Below are positions 12,712 through 24,995 of a stretch of 64,000 bases of DNA, piece by piece; position 1 is the first letter of the stretch, and the number at the start of each line of letters is the position of its first letter. The position numbers and the translations under genes were made by a program. Source of the stretch: Euprymna scolopes (lineage: Eukaryota); NCBI GenBank assembly GCA_053919585.1, contig CM132813.1; one strand, 5' to 3'. The notes below the pieces were generated by a model that was not told where the DNA came from, searched no databases, and saw nothing but the letters and a program-made list of their open reading frames with translations.

Positions 12712-12935
12712 GATCAAAGTGTAGTATCTGTTCAGTCAGTGGGAGCCATTCTGCAAGGGATTACTTTCTCCTTTCGGAAGTGATGGGTTTATTTCTTTTG
12801 TTTGCAGTGTCCTCATTTACCAAGGTTATTGCTTTCTTTTTAGTAGAGGCAGGAGGAATGTTGGATATAAACCACTTAAAAAAAAAAAAATTGATCTTGT
12901 GTCTAACATTCGCCCTCGCGGGAAGGAACAGGTCT
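12712..12935 (+). mobile_element. U2-headed retroposon, diverged copy
   Basis: GATCAAAGTGTAGTATCTGTTC head (exact U2-type stretch); tail aaaaattgatcttgtgtctaacattcgccctcgcgggaagg. Confidence 0.7.
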
Positions 12936-13026
12936 CTCAAACCTTGGCACATAAAATTTTCGGTGAAAGTTGTAACTGCTTAAAGAATTTGCCGTACATC
13001 TACAACCTTCCATTAGGACACAAAAA

Positions 13027-13089
<63 letters not shown>

Positions 13090-13394
13090 AACGTTTCATT
13101 TTTTTTTTATAACTCAAAAAAGATGAATTTCTTCAATAAACATAATTCAACATTTCACAAAATTTGAAAAAATTCATTTCAACGATTAAACTTTTAAAAA
13201 GCCTATATCTGGAAGTTTCAACAGATATCCTGCTGGAACGATAAGCCAAGAACAGGTTCGAGCCATTTGCTGGAATAGAGGTAACGGAGAGGCGCTTGTA
13301 AAAGTGAAGCAAATTCTCAATGGTCTCTTGTGTGACATACTACAAATAGACCAATTTCCCCACTCTCTAACTATACATAAATAATAACGCTGAC

Positions 13395-13640
13395 TCCATG
13401 AACAAAGCTTATTTCCTAGAGCTGCCCACCTATTGAACAGTTCTACTGATCTGCTTTCTGGCTAACTACAACATTGCAGTCTTCAAATCCAATGCAACAA
13501 GTTCAATTATCAAATTATACCCAATTTTCACCACTTATGCTGTGCTGTTGTACTGGTGACCACCATCCACTCTTTAACCCTTATCTTCGAGTGGTTTTTA
13601 GGCCTTGATAAGTAGTGACGCCTTTGTAAAAAAACAAAAA
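13395..13640 (+). mobile_element. CR1/L2-group LINE 3' relic
   Basis: Similar to the reverse complement of 30815-31075. Confidence 0.75.
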
Positions 13641-13659
13641 AGCTCATTTTATTTGGACT

Positions 13660-13830
13660 TTTACTGTTCTCATTGTTATTGCAATGTTTCAGTTGATGTA
13701 ACCTCCGACCTTCTTGAAGTGTACATCTTGTGGCACTTGGGAATCTGCACAGAATTCCAAATGAAACCGTTTAAGAACAGTATTTTGTAGAATACACATA
13801 ACACAATTAATCCTCATCTCAAAAATCTAG
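13660..13830 (-). mobile_element. Fragment of hammerhead-bearing repeat family
   Basis: Reverse complement reads ...aagaaggtcggaggttacatcaactgaaacattgcaataacaatgagaacag. Confidence 0.65.
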
Positions 13831-16562
13831 AACCGTAGATCAGGGCTGTTGAAGTCATATTTAGTTTAATGTAAAAATATTTTTTTGTTTTGTTTTTTTT
13901 TTTTTAATGTATCTCCGCCTGTTCTTCTAACAAGGCTCTATGGACAAATTTATCTATAGTTAACCTTTGACAACTAAATATTTTCGTTTACTAGCCAAAT
14001 AAAAAAGTTACTAGCTAAACCCACATGATTTTTAGAATATGACATCTTCATTCTATGATGAGTATGTACATCAAAGATTTTTCTGTATTTTTTTTTTTAA
14101 TAGGTGTAATTCTAAATATACACCAAATTTTATGTTGATACGTGAACGTATAAATATTCAAATTTCCTCAGATGTTTTTTAAAACAGCCTTTGTTTAAAA
14201 AAAGTATACTGCTTTGTTAAATCTTTTATTGTTTAAAAATAGGACTTTGCTCGTTTTATGAAAAAAAAAAAGTTGAAAAGATTTTTCACTCATTAGTGAG
14301 CTTTGCAAGATTATCAGTGAAAGAAATACAATCGTCAAAAGATAAGCGTTTCATTATTTCTAGTCGCCACTTTGAAAAATCATTCGCAAATGCCACTTTC
14401 ACTCACAATGTAGAGCCCTATCTAATTTGCGAGAAGTTCAATGTTTTTGTTAAAAGCACATTATTTAGTTAGCATAGGCAGTTATTTTACTGATATTAAA
14501 TGCATTTCACATTTTATGGTTGCAATTAAATTGACACATATCTATTATTTAATGATGATTGCACAGACTTTAAAGTTATGTTTTTTTTTGTTTTAATTTT
14601 TATCATTTCAGCATCACTGCCAGAATCTTGTAGATGTCTCCGACTTTTTATTCACCGAAAATGTTCTTATCATTCTTAAGAATGACTCTTTCTCTTCATT
14701 TCTTTCTTATTTTTCACATTAAAACATTTTTGGGGCATAAAAAGTAAAAGTAAAAATTAATACAAAAACATTAAAAAAACAAAAAACAAACAAAAGTATG
14801 AAACGTAAACGATGAAGTTAAGCGCAGGAGTGGGGGAAAACGTACTGTTTGGGGAGGTGAGTATAAAGGGGGAGCAAAAAGCAAACGTAAAGTGAGAGGG
14901 GGCAAAGAGAATGAGAAAACAAACGGGAGAAAAACGAGTAAATGAACAAAACTTATTTCAAAAAGCAAAAGAAAAAATACATGAAGCTGGACTTTCAAAC
15001 AAAGGGTAATAACTCTTCTAGATTGAAGGTAAGAACTTAATAAAAAAATTAAAAAAAAAAAAACAGTGACTTATCAGCTTCTGTCAATCACTCACTTTTA
15101 TACCCAAAAAAGGATCCAAACAAACTTAGTATAGGAAGGGGAGGGATAGGGGTTCATTCTACACTATTAGACACCATAATGTTGTGTTCTCCAATTTGCA
15201 ATTTTCACAAAGATTAAAAAAAAAAAAAAAATATAGCAGTAAAACAAAATTTTAAAAAATGATGAAATTCACGAGGTAAAAAATTTCATTTCCCAAATCT
15301 GTTTTTCACTTCCCTTGAATTTGACAATAAAAAACATAAAAATATCGATTTTTACTCAAATTTTTTTTTTTTTTTATTAATTAAAAGAAAATAACTTTAG
15401 ATGGTTGTAGTTTACTTGAACCATTCTGCATGATTCTCGAATTTCGAGGAGCGTGAAAATGCAATGGTAATGGGTAGTGGATGAATTGAAAGACAGTCTG
15501 GGTGAAAAACGAGATAAGACATAATTAGAAAATACGGCTAACACACGGCATATACACAACATAAACTTAGTTTGAAAAGGGGATATTAACCTCAAAATAT
15601 TAGAAAAATAATTAGACACTGTATAAAACACGATAGATGAAGATGAAAATATAAAACAATGATTAGAAAATAAAAATTATAACATCAGTTTTTTTTTTTT
15701 TAATCCATTATCATCTCATTTTGCATCCAAACTTTTTTTTTCAATTCATCCGGTGCAGATAATTTTATTTTATCACAGCTTGTCTAACTTTGCATGTTTT
15801 TATAATAATTATGATTTCTAAACATTTGTAGGAGAGAGGTCCAATTATTTGCCATTTCATAAATTTCCGCTTTCTACAGCAACTTTAAAACACAATCGCA
15901 AGACATTAACTCAAGGGTTAAAAAAAAAAAAAAATTGTAATCATATTAAACCCAAAATATTGAAGAGATTTTAAATTTAACATCTGTCAGCTGCACAAAT
16001 TTATTTGCTGGTCCAGTTTGCCAATATCTGCATTTAATCAAGACATTTATGGAGTAAAATAGCAACGCACGTTTTTTTTTTTTGTTTTGTTTTCTCATTT
16101 TGGAGAGAAGAATACTTAATTTTTTTTATTTTCTTCAACTACGAAATGTTAACTTAGAAACAGATTGCTGTGCATTAAAAATTGCTAAGCACTATTTCAT
16201 TAATCACATAAGATTGTTAACATCGTAATTAGATATTCGTTAACAAAGTTGTCAATTCCAAGTTGTTCTAACTCAGCATTTGGTTTTAAAGTTTCTCTAA
16301 CTTTCTTTTATGTTCTCCTGCATTCGAGTAATGTCTGCATTTCCCTTGATATCACATGTGATTGAATAGGACTCGCCTCCGCACAAGGACAAAATTAAAT
16401 GCAGGCTTGGTTTTTCATGTGGACAAAATTCAGCTCACTTAAAAGAAGTACTTTGAATTAGGACGAAAAATTTAAATTACCTCAGTCTAGAGAGAGTTTT
16501 CTCCATTGACTGAGGATAGAAAAAGAAATGAAGTGCAGTATCATAAAACATACTATGCTTTT

Positions 16563-16758
16563 CTCCTACTCGGTAATCTGGGACAAGATCAAAGTGTAGT
16601 ATCTGCTCTTCAGATGCTGCATTTCAATTTCTTGTTCTCTGTCAGTGGAGGAGAAATCCTTCACGACTGAAACAATTTTTATTTTTGTCCCTTTTCTCCA
16701 CATTAAAAAACGACCCTGGTGTCTAACTGCCCCGTGGGAAGGCATTGTAAATAGGGAC
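16563..16758 (+). mobile_element. U2-headed retroposon copy
   Basis: ctcggtaatctgggacAAGATCAAAGTGTAGTATCTGcTCTT; body closely matches 4586-4779 and 47267-47447. Confidence 0.85.
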
Positions 16759-17555
16759 CTTTAACATGTTGGTTTCGGTTGACCAAACAAGTTTGATGTA
16801 GTTAGTTTTTAGTTTTTATGCCGTAAATGACTTAAATGTTTATCTGAGAGAAGAGATTGCTGGGGCATTTGAAAGTTACCTCCCTTGAGAATATTTCTTT
16901 TTGTAGATCGCACTTTAACTTAGTAGAAGCTCCTTTTTTTCAAAATAACAAATCTTTTACTTAATTAGTCGCCAAAGTTTGTTTTAATTTTTAAACTGAC
17001 TTTTATAAAAAAGGATATTCTTAAACTTGTGATCTTTTTAAATTAATGTTTTTTTAAATTTTGAGATGCTACAAAAAAGAATCTGAAGTTATACAAATAA
17101 ATGAACTAGATGTAATTAATTCTTCTTCATATTTTATTCATAGTTTTTATTAAGTATGTCTTACACGTGTATCATTGAATAGCAGAAGCCCACTAAACAA
17201 CTCAGACAAAAAAAATATATATTCCTAAAAAAATAGCTGGAAAGATCTTTTTCCCTTCCTTGCAATGGGAAAGGACTTAATCAGAGAAAAATGTTGATAA
17301 AATGAAATGGATATTTTTAAAATTCACACTAACATAAGAACCAAAAACACTTATTGCAGTGTTTATAGTCACCTACCCAAAAGAAAAGCCATTGAATTTA
17401 ACCCATGCATTGTGATGTGTGTATATATATATATATATAGGTTCAGGTTTATGATGTTCAAAAGTCAGGACTAATGAAAACAACGATGATAGGGCTCAAT
17501 AAAAAGAGCAAAATATATATATATTTGTTTATTAGAGGGTAAACAGTTACATATG

Positions 17556-17605
17556 GTCGCTACAAATAGCCATCTATTTCAGTCAATGAGACTTCCTCAG
17601 GCGAC
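17556..17605 (-). ncRNA. Type I hammerhead ribozyme motif (degenerate)
   Basis: Reverse complement GTCGC-CTGAGGA-AGTC(tcatt)GACT-GAAA-TAG(atgg)CTATTT-GTA-GCGAC; perfect stems I and II. Confidence 0.6.
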
Positions 17606-18277
17606 TTAGAACCTCTCGACACCACCAAAACATTTGATCTTGATATTTTTTCTTCTTCATGAAGAGGAGATATACCTCAAAAATTTGGTTTGACACATGT
17701 TGGTAAATAATTATTTTATAATAGAAATTTTTTTAAATCTTTTAATATTGTTATTGTTTTTACACTTGCCTTGTACCTAAGTGTTTTTCTACAGAACTGC
17801 ATTGTCATAGTCTTCAAAAACAACTATCTATACACTATGCACAATACTTCAAGCAAACTACAACATTCTTCTTAAATTAAACATGTTTTTAAAGGGCTTT
17901 CACAGTGATTTTTTTATGCCCATCAAATTAATTAAAACCATTGACATAAGAAAATTCATTAAAAAGTCACTTTGAAAATATTTTACAAAGAAAAAAATTG
18001 GCTTGAAAATCAGGCAGAAACAATTACATGAATAAAATGTCTTCTTAAAAAGAAATTCGGAACATTTATTAAATTTTTATATGGTTAGTTTTTTTGGAAA
18101 AAGAAATCCAGCAGAGTGCTCAATTAAAAGGAAAATCCGAAAAATAAGAGCATATTTATATTTTGTGTACAGAAAGTTGTTAGATGAGACAAGTCATTGG
18201 TACCGTCAGTTTCAAGCCCGATAATTAGGACCGTTTAAGATATCCATATCAAACTCTCTTCAACCAATACTTGTCTC

Positions 18278-18637
18278 NNNNNNNNNNNNNNNNNNNNNNN
18301 NNNNNNNNNNNNNNNNNNNNNNNNNNNNNNNNNNNNNNNNNNNNNNNNNNNNNNNNNNNNNNNNNNNNNNNNNNNNNNNNNNNNNNNNNNNNNNNNNNNN
18401 NNNNNNNNNNNNNNNNNNNNNNNNNNNNNNNNNNNNNNNNNNNNNNNNNNNNNNNNNNNNNNNNNNNNNNNNNNNNNNNNNNNNNNNNNNNNNNNNNNNN
18501 NNNNNNNNNNNNNNNNNNNNNNNNNNNNNNNNNNNNNNNNNNNNNNNNNNNNNNNNNNNNNNNNNNNNNNNNNNNNNNNNNNNNNNNNNNNNNNNNNNNN
18601 NNNNNNNNNNNNNNNNNNNNNNNNNNNNNNNNNNNNN
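18278..18637. other. Assembly gap
   Basis: Run of N. Confidence 1.
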
Positions 18638-19600
18638 CATGATAGGATTTCAGGATTGTCTTTTTTCTTTTCATTACAAAGAAGACACATTTTCAGGAAT
18701 TATGGAATCGGTTAAAAAGGAGGGTAAAATGAGTTGGAAGCAACAATGTTTGACGGAGTCAAGCGGATTTTGTCAGTAACAATTTTCGTTGAACGAGAGT
18801 TAACAAACAAGCCAGATATTTTGTGCGTAAAAAGGTGCCATTATATTTTTATGGGATGGGATGGGTCTTTCTTCATAGGGATCAGGTGTTTGGTGGAGGA
18901 GGTTGGCTTACTCCTGTACACTTCCCACCTGCTAAGTTAAGCAAAACTTTTTTATTTTCTTTTTAATATTTTTGTTATCTATACAGAAAATATATATCAA
19001 TACAATGAAAGAACATTTAACACAAGTTATTGACTACAACTTTTTTTTTTTGGTGGTGGGAGGGGTATATGAACATGTTCTTATAGTACAAAATTTTCAA
19101 TTACATTTATATGTGGAAACACCATAATAGGTAAAATTTTTTAATTAAAAAATAAATTTTTATACATTCTAGAAAAAAAAATTTTTTTTAAATACTTGAT
19201 AAAAATTTGTAGAAAAGTAAAAAAAAATTTCAGAAATTGAAATAAGAAAAAAAAGAAATTTTTTTTAAATTAAAAGAAAAAATAAAGAAAAATAATTAAT
19301 AACTAAAAAAAAAAAAAATATTTAAGTGATGCTACAGAGTTCCATTGAAGAAATACAAAAATAAATTCCTTTGATTTATAGAAATTTGTTCTAATAAATA
19401 AATAAATAATTTTTTTAAAAATCTACAAAAAAATAGTAATCTATAACATTTCAAAATTTTTTTTCTTTTTAAATGCTTCCAACAGATTTCTTTGAAATCG
19501 AAAAAAAATGCTACTTAATAATTTAAGCTAAAAATAAACTAAAAAAAAAAAATGCTTCCCTATTACGATGCATCTGAATATAAGTGTGTGCACGCATATA

Positions 19601-19783
19601 TATTTCCACAGTCAAAGAAAGTCGCAGTTCACATGAGCAGAGTACTCACCTCGCATACAAGAGATTTGGGTTTCGAATTCCGAGTTCAGATGTGTTCAAT
19701 TGACAAGCCCAAATAAGGGCGAACTTGAGTCTTGGACTTGGCTATCTGGGCTCATGTGAGTTGCAACTTTGACTGCGGAAATA
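19601..19783 (+). mobile_element. Small inverted-repeat-bounded element containing a tRNA-like segment and degenerate type I hammerhead
   Basis: ~33-bp imperfect terminal inverted repeats; tRNA-like agagtactcacctcgcat...gggtttcgaattcc; GTTCAA-tTGACaA-GCCC(aaataa)GGGC-GAA-CTTGAG-TC-TTGGAC at 19694-19737. Confidence 0.6.
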
Positions 19784-20571
19784 ATTATATCAGCATTCAC
19801 ATTCTGAAAATTGTAATAAGTTTTTGCTTAGTTTGCTGGGGCGGGGGATTAAGGAATAAGCACTAATGTCCATCTGTTCACACCCTCTCGATGTAGGCAT
19901 CATACACATCCACAAATCAAAACTAAAACTACTATTCTTCTTTTCACAACTTGCATCCATTTATATATATAAATGTATATATTTATATATATATATATAT
20001 ATATATTTTATATATAGGACAAATAAAGGATAAATTAAATCTGATGGTTATACGATAACGTGGAAAAATAAATATCTAAAACTCAAGGATGTATCTCAAC
20101 ATTTCAAACTGTTACAAAGGCCTTACAGCATGTGAAAGTTTGGGAAAAGTGGAAAAAGAAGAGAGGACTTACTTGTCACACCTGATAAAGCTCTCATAAC
20201 AATTGGGCGAAACGTTAAGATTTATTCTTCAGTTTTAGAGGTTCTCTTTTCTATTTTATCTCTTTATGTATCAATATACATTTGTATTTGTTGTAATTTT
20301 TTTTTTTTTTTTGCACAATCAGACATGCAACACGGCTCACACGTACCAACACATTTCCTTTGAAAAAAAAACAACTTAATTGTAACTATTCCATGCATTT
20401 ACATTCATATTACAAAATAAAATATTTCACATATAGTTTTGATATTTACTTCAACAGGGCTCAATATCTGCATAGAACTTTGTAGTAGTAGTATAAAAAT
20501 ATACTTATGGCAAGTAATCTACGTAGAAACGATTGGGTGTAGTTTACTTGCCATAAGTATATTTTCACACA

Positions 20572-20623
<52 letters not shown>

Positions 20624-21235
20624 GCAATATTGAGATAAGAGCCTTACAAATTTGTGATTTTCTTTTTCACAAAAAAGTTAATCAGAAAAGAAAAATCTCT
20701 GTTCCCCATTTTTCAGCATAAAAAGGACTTTTACGACAATTTTAAGATTGAAATGCAAAAAAATCTCTACACTGATTTCGCTAACAGAGTTCCGTTTGTC
20801 ATATATATTGCAAAACAAATGGATTTAAACTAGATTTGAGCAGTTCACCAAAAGACGAGCCGAGTTTCATTTTTGAAGCTACAACTAAATACAAACATGT
20901 AAATATAATTATCAGCCTCTGTAAGAAGAAAGTTCTTAAAGTTGAGCACTGTCTGAGATATAAAGGCGGTCAGCTGGCCTTGTGTGAAATTACGATTTCC
21001 CATTGTTTGATTGCTATTGATAATCTTAACATCGTGCTTGTATTTGGCATTTATAGTTGTTGAGTTCCCATAATTCTCATCGGCATCATTGTTGATGGCC
21101 TAGAAGTAATGTTCGTAGCAAATGGAGCCAAAGGTGGGTTTGTAGCTGGGTTAGAATCACTCGACCAGTAGCAATCGTCACTTCCTGTACTTATGATTGC
21201 AAAAACATGATTCACTAGTGTCTGTAACTATTAAA

Positions 21236-21320
<85 letters not shown>

Positions 21321-21943
21321 TTAAAAAGAGACAAATCAAGTCATGTGTTTATCAACATTTCGTCTTTATTGTAAGAAACATTGATGAACACATAACTTGG
21401 TATGTGTCTTTTTTATCTCTCTCTCATCGGAATTCTATTTCCATTAATCTCGTCACGTATATATTCATCACACACACTGGATCAAGTTTTAGCGAGTTTC
21501 TCAGAATTGTTCAATGCTCTTCTAGTATTGATAATTTTATTCCAACAGCATAGAACAATCAGGATTGAAACGAACGGCAAATTCTTGGTCTTATAGGTAA
21601 ACATCAAGTAGGCTATCCAGGGACAATAAATAAATTTTGATTTGAAATTGTACAACCCCAATGAATGATTACGTTCAAGACATAATTTTGTTTGAGGTTA
21701 TTTAAAAAAATGAAACGTGAGTGTTGAACTGAACAGGAAATGGGTGATCTTTTGGATCAATTTCATGTACACTATCCATGGACATAAATTTGTGTTGGAA
21801 ATGGTAGTGCTCAAGTCAATGAGAAACAGTGGAGAGTAAAATTTGTGAATTATTTCGTAAGATATGCTGAGTGATCTGTGGCTAGCAAAGAACACTTACA
21901 CTTTCATGGGCGCTGTTTTACAGTTTGTCACTGTGCAAAGGGA

Positions 21944-22122
21944 GGCAACTCTCGTTTACTGAAAGATTTGTTCATTTTTTTCATCTCATAATTAGGATGT
22001 GATATTTTTTATTAAATCAAAACATGAAAATCAAAGGGAGACAACTTTCGTTTACTAAAAGATTTGTTCATTTTTTTCATCTCATAATTTAGGATGTGAT
22101 ATTTTTTATTAAATCAAAACAT
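21944..22122. repeat. ~90-bp tandem duplication
   Basis: caact.tcgtttact.aaagatttgttcatttttttcatctcataat...aaatcaaaacat occurs twice in tandem. Confidence 0.85.
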
Positions 22123-23018
22123 TAAAAAAAGAAAGCTGCAACAAATTTCTTTAATGTAACAAAGTTGATAACAAATACAAAATATAGTCTTTACGCAACT
22201 ATTAAGAGAATCGTTTCTGTTTTCATATCATAATTTATGATACTAAAACCAACGAACAAACGATATTTGCATTAGATGAAAACATTAAAAATAGAATCTG
22301 CGGCAACTCTTTTTATTTTAATTAAAAAGTAAGTTTTATTGTAAGGGTTTTAAAAAATAGTCTTGAGCCTTAAGAAAATAAAAAGGATGAAACTTAAAGA
22401 TTCGGCAACTTTATTTTTTTACTGTAACAATGGTTCTTACAATGTGATCTGTAAAAGCAGTTGTGATTGACAAGTACTTAAGTAACATACCATATTCCAT
22501 ATGTGCCAAGTAACAACTTTTGTTATTGTACTATAGATACCTATATTGCCAACCTTTATTGGTGCTCTTTTCACATAATTATAAACCTTTATTGGCAAAC
22601 ATTTAGGTGCATGACTGCAGTTAAATATTTTAAGCAAAAACATTACTTGCATAATTGTTATCTCGAAAATACTAACATATTAAAAAATTACAAAATTTGA
22701 TCAAGTAGATAATTTTTTATATGTAAAAGTAATTTTTATGGAAAATTGGTTATTTCGCTCTTTTATTCATACTTATAGTCAGAATATGCCCGAAAACAGG
22801 GGAAACCGAATTATCTCCCTTGTTTCACACCAAGTAAATGGCAGCCATCAATTCTTACCATAATATCTATGAACTTTTTTTTTTTTTTAAACTAATAGCA
22901 GATCAAATTTCATAATTTTTTGGATATATTACTATTTTCGAAATGACAATTACGTAAATAATATTGTTTTGCTTTAAAAAAACTTTTTTTTTAAATTACC
23001 ACAGTAGACTAACTGTAA

Positions 23019-23475
23019 CCCCCTAGCTAGTGCAACCATGGCGTAGTTAGGGGGCTTTCGTGTCTCTAGGACCCAGATAGCTATGCTGGCGGGAGATTCG
23101 TCTCCTGGTAGGGTTACCCAAGCCAGACAGGTTAAAGGGTAGAGATCAGACTAAGAGCACTCACTGGTCCTCCAGGTTGGGGGTTAAAATAGGGTCAACA
23201 ACCCAATTCTGTAAAAGAAAGTTACAGAAACTGCAAAGACATCTTCTGTGGACTTCTTGGTCCAGTAAGGGTTCTCTCTAGTAGAGTTCACGATGAGAGC
23301 GTGTGAAAGCCTCCGGGAAGCCAGTGCGCCAACAACTGTACTGATGAAGCATTGAGGCTGAGACCAAGGCTGCTGGAATGACATGAGCCAAACTGAAGAA
23401 ACCCAGCTAGAATCAGGTCTATTGGAGAAGCATCGTTGCGGCCCTATGTTCCCCAAGGAATCAAGAGACCTAAAC
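23019..23475 (+). mobile_element. Bipartite non-autonomous RTE retroposon (5' UTR joined to 3' end)
   Basis: RTE-type 5' UTR motifs (GGGTTACCCAAGCCAGACAGG..., GGTCCTCCAGGTTGGGGGTT...ACAACCC) joined to an RTE-type 3' end (...GTTGCGGCCCTATGTTCC); 13-bp TSD agactaactgtaa (23006-23018, 23476-23488). Confidence 0.75.
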
Positions 23476-23497
23476 AGACTAACTGTAAACAAGCACC

Positions 23498-23782
23498 GAT
23501 GCCTCTGTATAGTTTCAAAAGACAATGGATACCTCCTGTAAAGGTAGCTGCGCGAGTAATTGTGAGGCAATCCCTAACCACACCTATTCCGAATGTGCAC
23601 TGTTGGAGTCCAGTGGCAAAGTGAAGTGCTAGACAACTGGAAACAATGCCAAGATAAGCAGAGAGCACATACTGCACCTGGAATTCCTAAATGGGCATAC
23701 ATTTTAGTACTGACCAGGCTCAAAGTTGCTTAATTTTGGTGATCTAATGGGAACCAGTGTGTCGATGTGATTGTGCCATATA
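23498..23782 (-). mobile_element. 5S rRNA-derived SINE (SINE3), family A
   Basis: Reverse complement of 23670-23780 aligns to 5S rRNA (GATCACC.AA.TTAAGCAAC..GAGCCTGGTCAGTACT...GGAATTCCAGGTGC); 12-bp TSD taaacaagcacc; body shared with 28207-28494. Confidence 0.85.
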
Positions 23783-23958
23783 TAAACAAGCACCAACATT
23801 TATGAAACTGGATATAAGATAAACTTCATAATAATATATTACATTTGTTCATTGCGACTACCATCATATGTAGTCGTGAGAATGACAAAACATTCCATAA
23901 AGCAAAAATGATGTAAATACGAAAATAGATTATTTTCAGTCAGTACCTTCTCTATCTC

Positions 23959-23990
<32 letters not shown>

Positions 23991-24514
23991 AGAATAATAT
24001 AAATGTAAATATTTTGTATTAAATACTATCCTTATAAAAAGGATGCAGAACATTATAAATATAGCATTAATAGGAGACAAAATAAAATGAAAAATAAAGA
24101 TGCTCATTAATTCATCAAAAGTTCAAAAACAAGGGATATAACGAAAGATTTTCCTTATTACATGGAGTTTAAAAAATTAATTTTTTTTTTTTTCCAGAAG
24201 AAATAGCTGAAGCAAAATAAAAGTATAGAATTACTAGTTAGCAGAAAACCGTAAACTTTGAAAATTGCATTTTTATGATGATAGCCATTTGAAATTAATT
24301 CCAACTTGAACAAAGTATTTTCTGAAAAGAACCAAATAGAATCATATTTCATTTTGAATATGTTGCAGCAATCTAACTGATGTACCAGAATCAAATATTA
24401 ATTTTGTAGGAAGAAATCTATCATCAGCATCATATGAAATACACCCAAATAAAGATCAGGCGAGACATAAGAAAATTTAAAAATAAGAAAATTTTTACAA
24501 ACATTTCCCCAACA

Positions 24515-24995
24515 AAACCGGCTTCGAAACCTAGTAGGTGATGCCCTTTTCTCTTCCCGCAACCTCTTTCCCCACAGAGATGTTGCAAACCTGTCTTTGC
24601 TGTATCATTATTTTCATGGCAAATGCTCGACTGAACTCCAATCTATGGTTCTCCTTGCCAAATTTTCACAAAAAAAACACCCGACTAGCTACAACCACTA
24701 TAAACGATTTTCCCTACTACCTGTGCCTAAATCTAAATGCAGATTCCATGAACAAAGCTTCCTTCCAAGAACTGCCTGCCTGTGGAACACTGTTCCACTG
24801 TCCTGCTTCCCAGTTGAATACAACATGGTAACTTTCAAATCCAATATAAACAAGTTCTCATTGAAACGTCCCCATAAATAATCAAGTTCTACCCAATTTA
24901 CACCATTCACAAATACTACACTGTACCACCTTACATGCATTAATCCTTATCCTCGAATGGACTTCAGACCTTGATAGGTGGTGACTATAAAGTAA
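24515..24995 (+). mobile_element. CR1/L2-group LINE 3' fragment (frameshifted)
   Basis: YHYFHGKCSTELQSMV...RFHEQSFLPRTACLWN matches the 30940-31578 protein. Confidence 0.85.

Noticed and set aside
18235-18690. Poly-X ORFs (also 40884-41138, 51729-52335)
   Set aside because: Artefacts of N gaps; the UGCG exons join in frame, so no coding exon needs to lie in a gap.
23341-23365. CTGATGA as a hammerhead core (also ~60642)
   Set aside because: No stem II followed by GAAA, and no stem I pairing.
23670-23782. Functional 5S rRNA genes (also 28385-28494, 44421-44515, 57978-58077)
   Set aside because: Heavily substituted, dispersed, and fused to shared non-5S bodies; one has a TSD.
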